Source of the DNA: Bacteroidota bacterium
Lineage (GTDB): Bacteria > Bacteroidota > Rhodothermia > Rhodothermales > JBCDJV01
Direction of reading: 5' to 3'
Assembly (NCBI GenBank): GCA_038747425.1
Contig: JBCDJV010000003.1
Span: forward strand, 26,857 to 90,856
DNA length: 64,000 nt
Shown piece after piece: positions 63,196-64,000 of the stretch (positions within the stretch are counted from its first letter, which is position 1; every line of letters begins with the position of its first letter). The notes beneath the pieces are model-generated. The model saw only the letters and a program-made list of their open reading frames with translations, had not been told where the DNA came from and ran no database searches. A program made the position numbers and the translations under genes.

Positions 63196-64000
63196 CTACC
63201 GCTCAGCCAACACCCAGCCGTCAGGATCGATAACAGGGGTCACGCCTTCCGGCACGGTGACCGTGCCCCGTCCCCCCGTCATCTCCACCCACACGACCTC
63301 GCCACCGACCTGTACCTCAACGGGCATCGGAAACGGCAGCGCCTCGGGGGTGTCCCAGCGGAGGCGCAGCGTGTCTCCGTCGCGCTCGGTGCGAAGGAGC
63401 GGGAGTGCAGGCTGGCGGAGGTAGAGGTCGAAGAACCAGTCCAGGGGCTGGTCTGCCAGTTCCTCGGCGAGGCGAATGAACTCCTCGGAGGAGACAAAGC
63501 GGGTCTGCCCCCCTCCCGTACGCGCTTCCCAGGCGGGCGCAGGATAGGCAAACCGCCGCAGCGCCTGGAAGAACGGCTCGTCGCCCATGAGGTAGCGCAA
63601 CGTGTGCAGGATCCAGGCGCCTTTGTAGTAGACATCGTTGTCGGTCACCCCTCGCACGGTGTCAGAGAAATACATGTCTTGAGTGGTCTGCGAGGTCCTG
63701 GGGGCCACCGTGCGGCGGTTCTGGAGGTAGGTGCGCGTGGTGGCCATGTACGCCCGGTAGCGCTCCGGCCCGAAGAGGCGCTCGGTGTAGAGGGCTTGCA
63801 TGTAGGTGCAGAAGCCCTCGTGGATCCAGAAGTCGCGCCAGTCGGCGGCCGTCACCAGGTTGCCCCACCATTCATGGCCCAGCTCGTGGTGATGGAGCCA
63901 GTCAAAGCCATAGGGCGTGTCGTCGAAGTCGTCGCCGTAGGCGATGATGGTCTGGTGCTCCATACCCAGGTGTGGCGTGTGGGCCACGCCGTACTTCTCC
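63196..64000 (-). CDS. M1-family zinc aminopeptidase (3' part only; gene continues past the right edge)
   Basis: HHELGHEWWGN...WIHEGFCTY is the HExxH-x18-E gluzincin motif. The frame stays open to nt 64000, and the track 'M' at 63987 is an internal GTG. Confidence 0.85.
   Translation of the reverse strand, partial: EKYGVAHTPHLGMEHQTIIAYGDDFDDTPYGFDWLHHHELGHEWWGNLVTAADWRDFWIHEGFCTYMQALYTERLFGPERYRAYMATTRTYLQNRRTVAPRTSQTTQDMYFSDTVRGVTDNDVYYKGAWILHTLRYLMGDEPFFQALRRFAYPAPAWEARTGGGQTRFVSSEEFIRLAEELADQPLDWFFDLYLRQPALPLLRTERDGDTLRLRWDTPEALPFPMPVEVQVGGEVVWVEMTGGRGTVTVPEGVTPVIDPDGWVLAER

Noticed and set aside
1-64000. Prophage, integrative element, transposase/IS, toxin-antitoxin, restriction-modification, CRISPR-Cas or known anti-phage defence genes, and rRNA/tRNA genes
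   Set aside because: I found none when reading both strands. No integrase, recombinase, helicase-nuclease or RT signatures appear in any credible ORF. The window looks like core chromosome apart from the features listed.

Overview
GC-rich chromosomal segment (by eye about two-thirds G+C, with G/C at nearly every third codon position). Gene content suggests a Rhodothermales/Bacteroidota-type organism: T9SS C-terminal sorting domains on secreted enzymes, an ECF sigma-FecR-TonB receptor-DUF4249 cassette, a PUR/DUF3276 protein, and the bacillithiol genes bshB and bshC. This assignment is inference from content, not a database hit. I support about 46 protein genes, mostly housekeeping or envelope functions. 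They include leuS, hisD-hisC, recX, lpd, a purine nucleoside phosphorylase, an RND efflux operon, a GH5 cellulase, a PadR/FtsX permease pair, a TPR-DUF4292-M23 triad, an HK/RR pair and a tandem Usp. I found no rRNA, tRNA, CRISPR array, transposase, integrase or recognisable defence genes. Many long ORFs in the track are antisense or alternative-frame artefacts of the high GC content and are rejected. Two things stand out. (1) A single roughly 1700-codon ORF (9948..15068) fuses a complete cation-chloride cotransporter (SLC12/CCC: membrane core plus cytoplasmic C-terminal domain) to a helical extension of about 650 aa and a C-terminal P-loop NTPase (AAA_16/Arch_ATPase-like) with a winged-helix-like tail. 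A minimal MscS-like channel gene follows it directly. I do not recognise this architecture as described, and it is my best candidate for a novel ion-homeostasis or signalling module. (2) A family of non-coding elements is built from inverted arrays of the heptamer GGTGAAT, with three clear copies. Each sits immediately 3' of a minus-strand gene, and one exactly fills the stop-to-start gap inside the RND efflux operon. Lower-priority oddities are a small protein with an almost pure Asp/Glu tail, an unannotated 30-codon membrane ORF, a GCS2-type ligase fused to a CBS pair, and a secreted tandem S51 peptidase.
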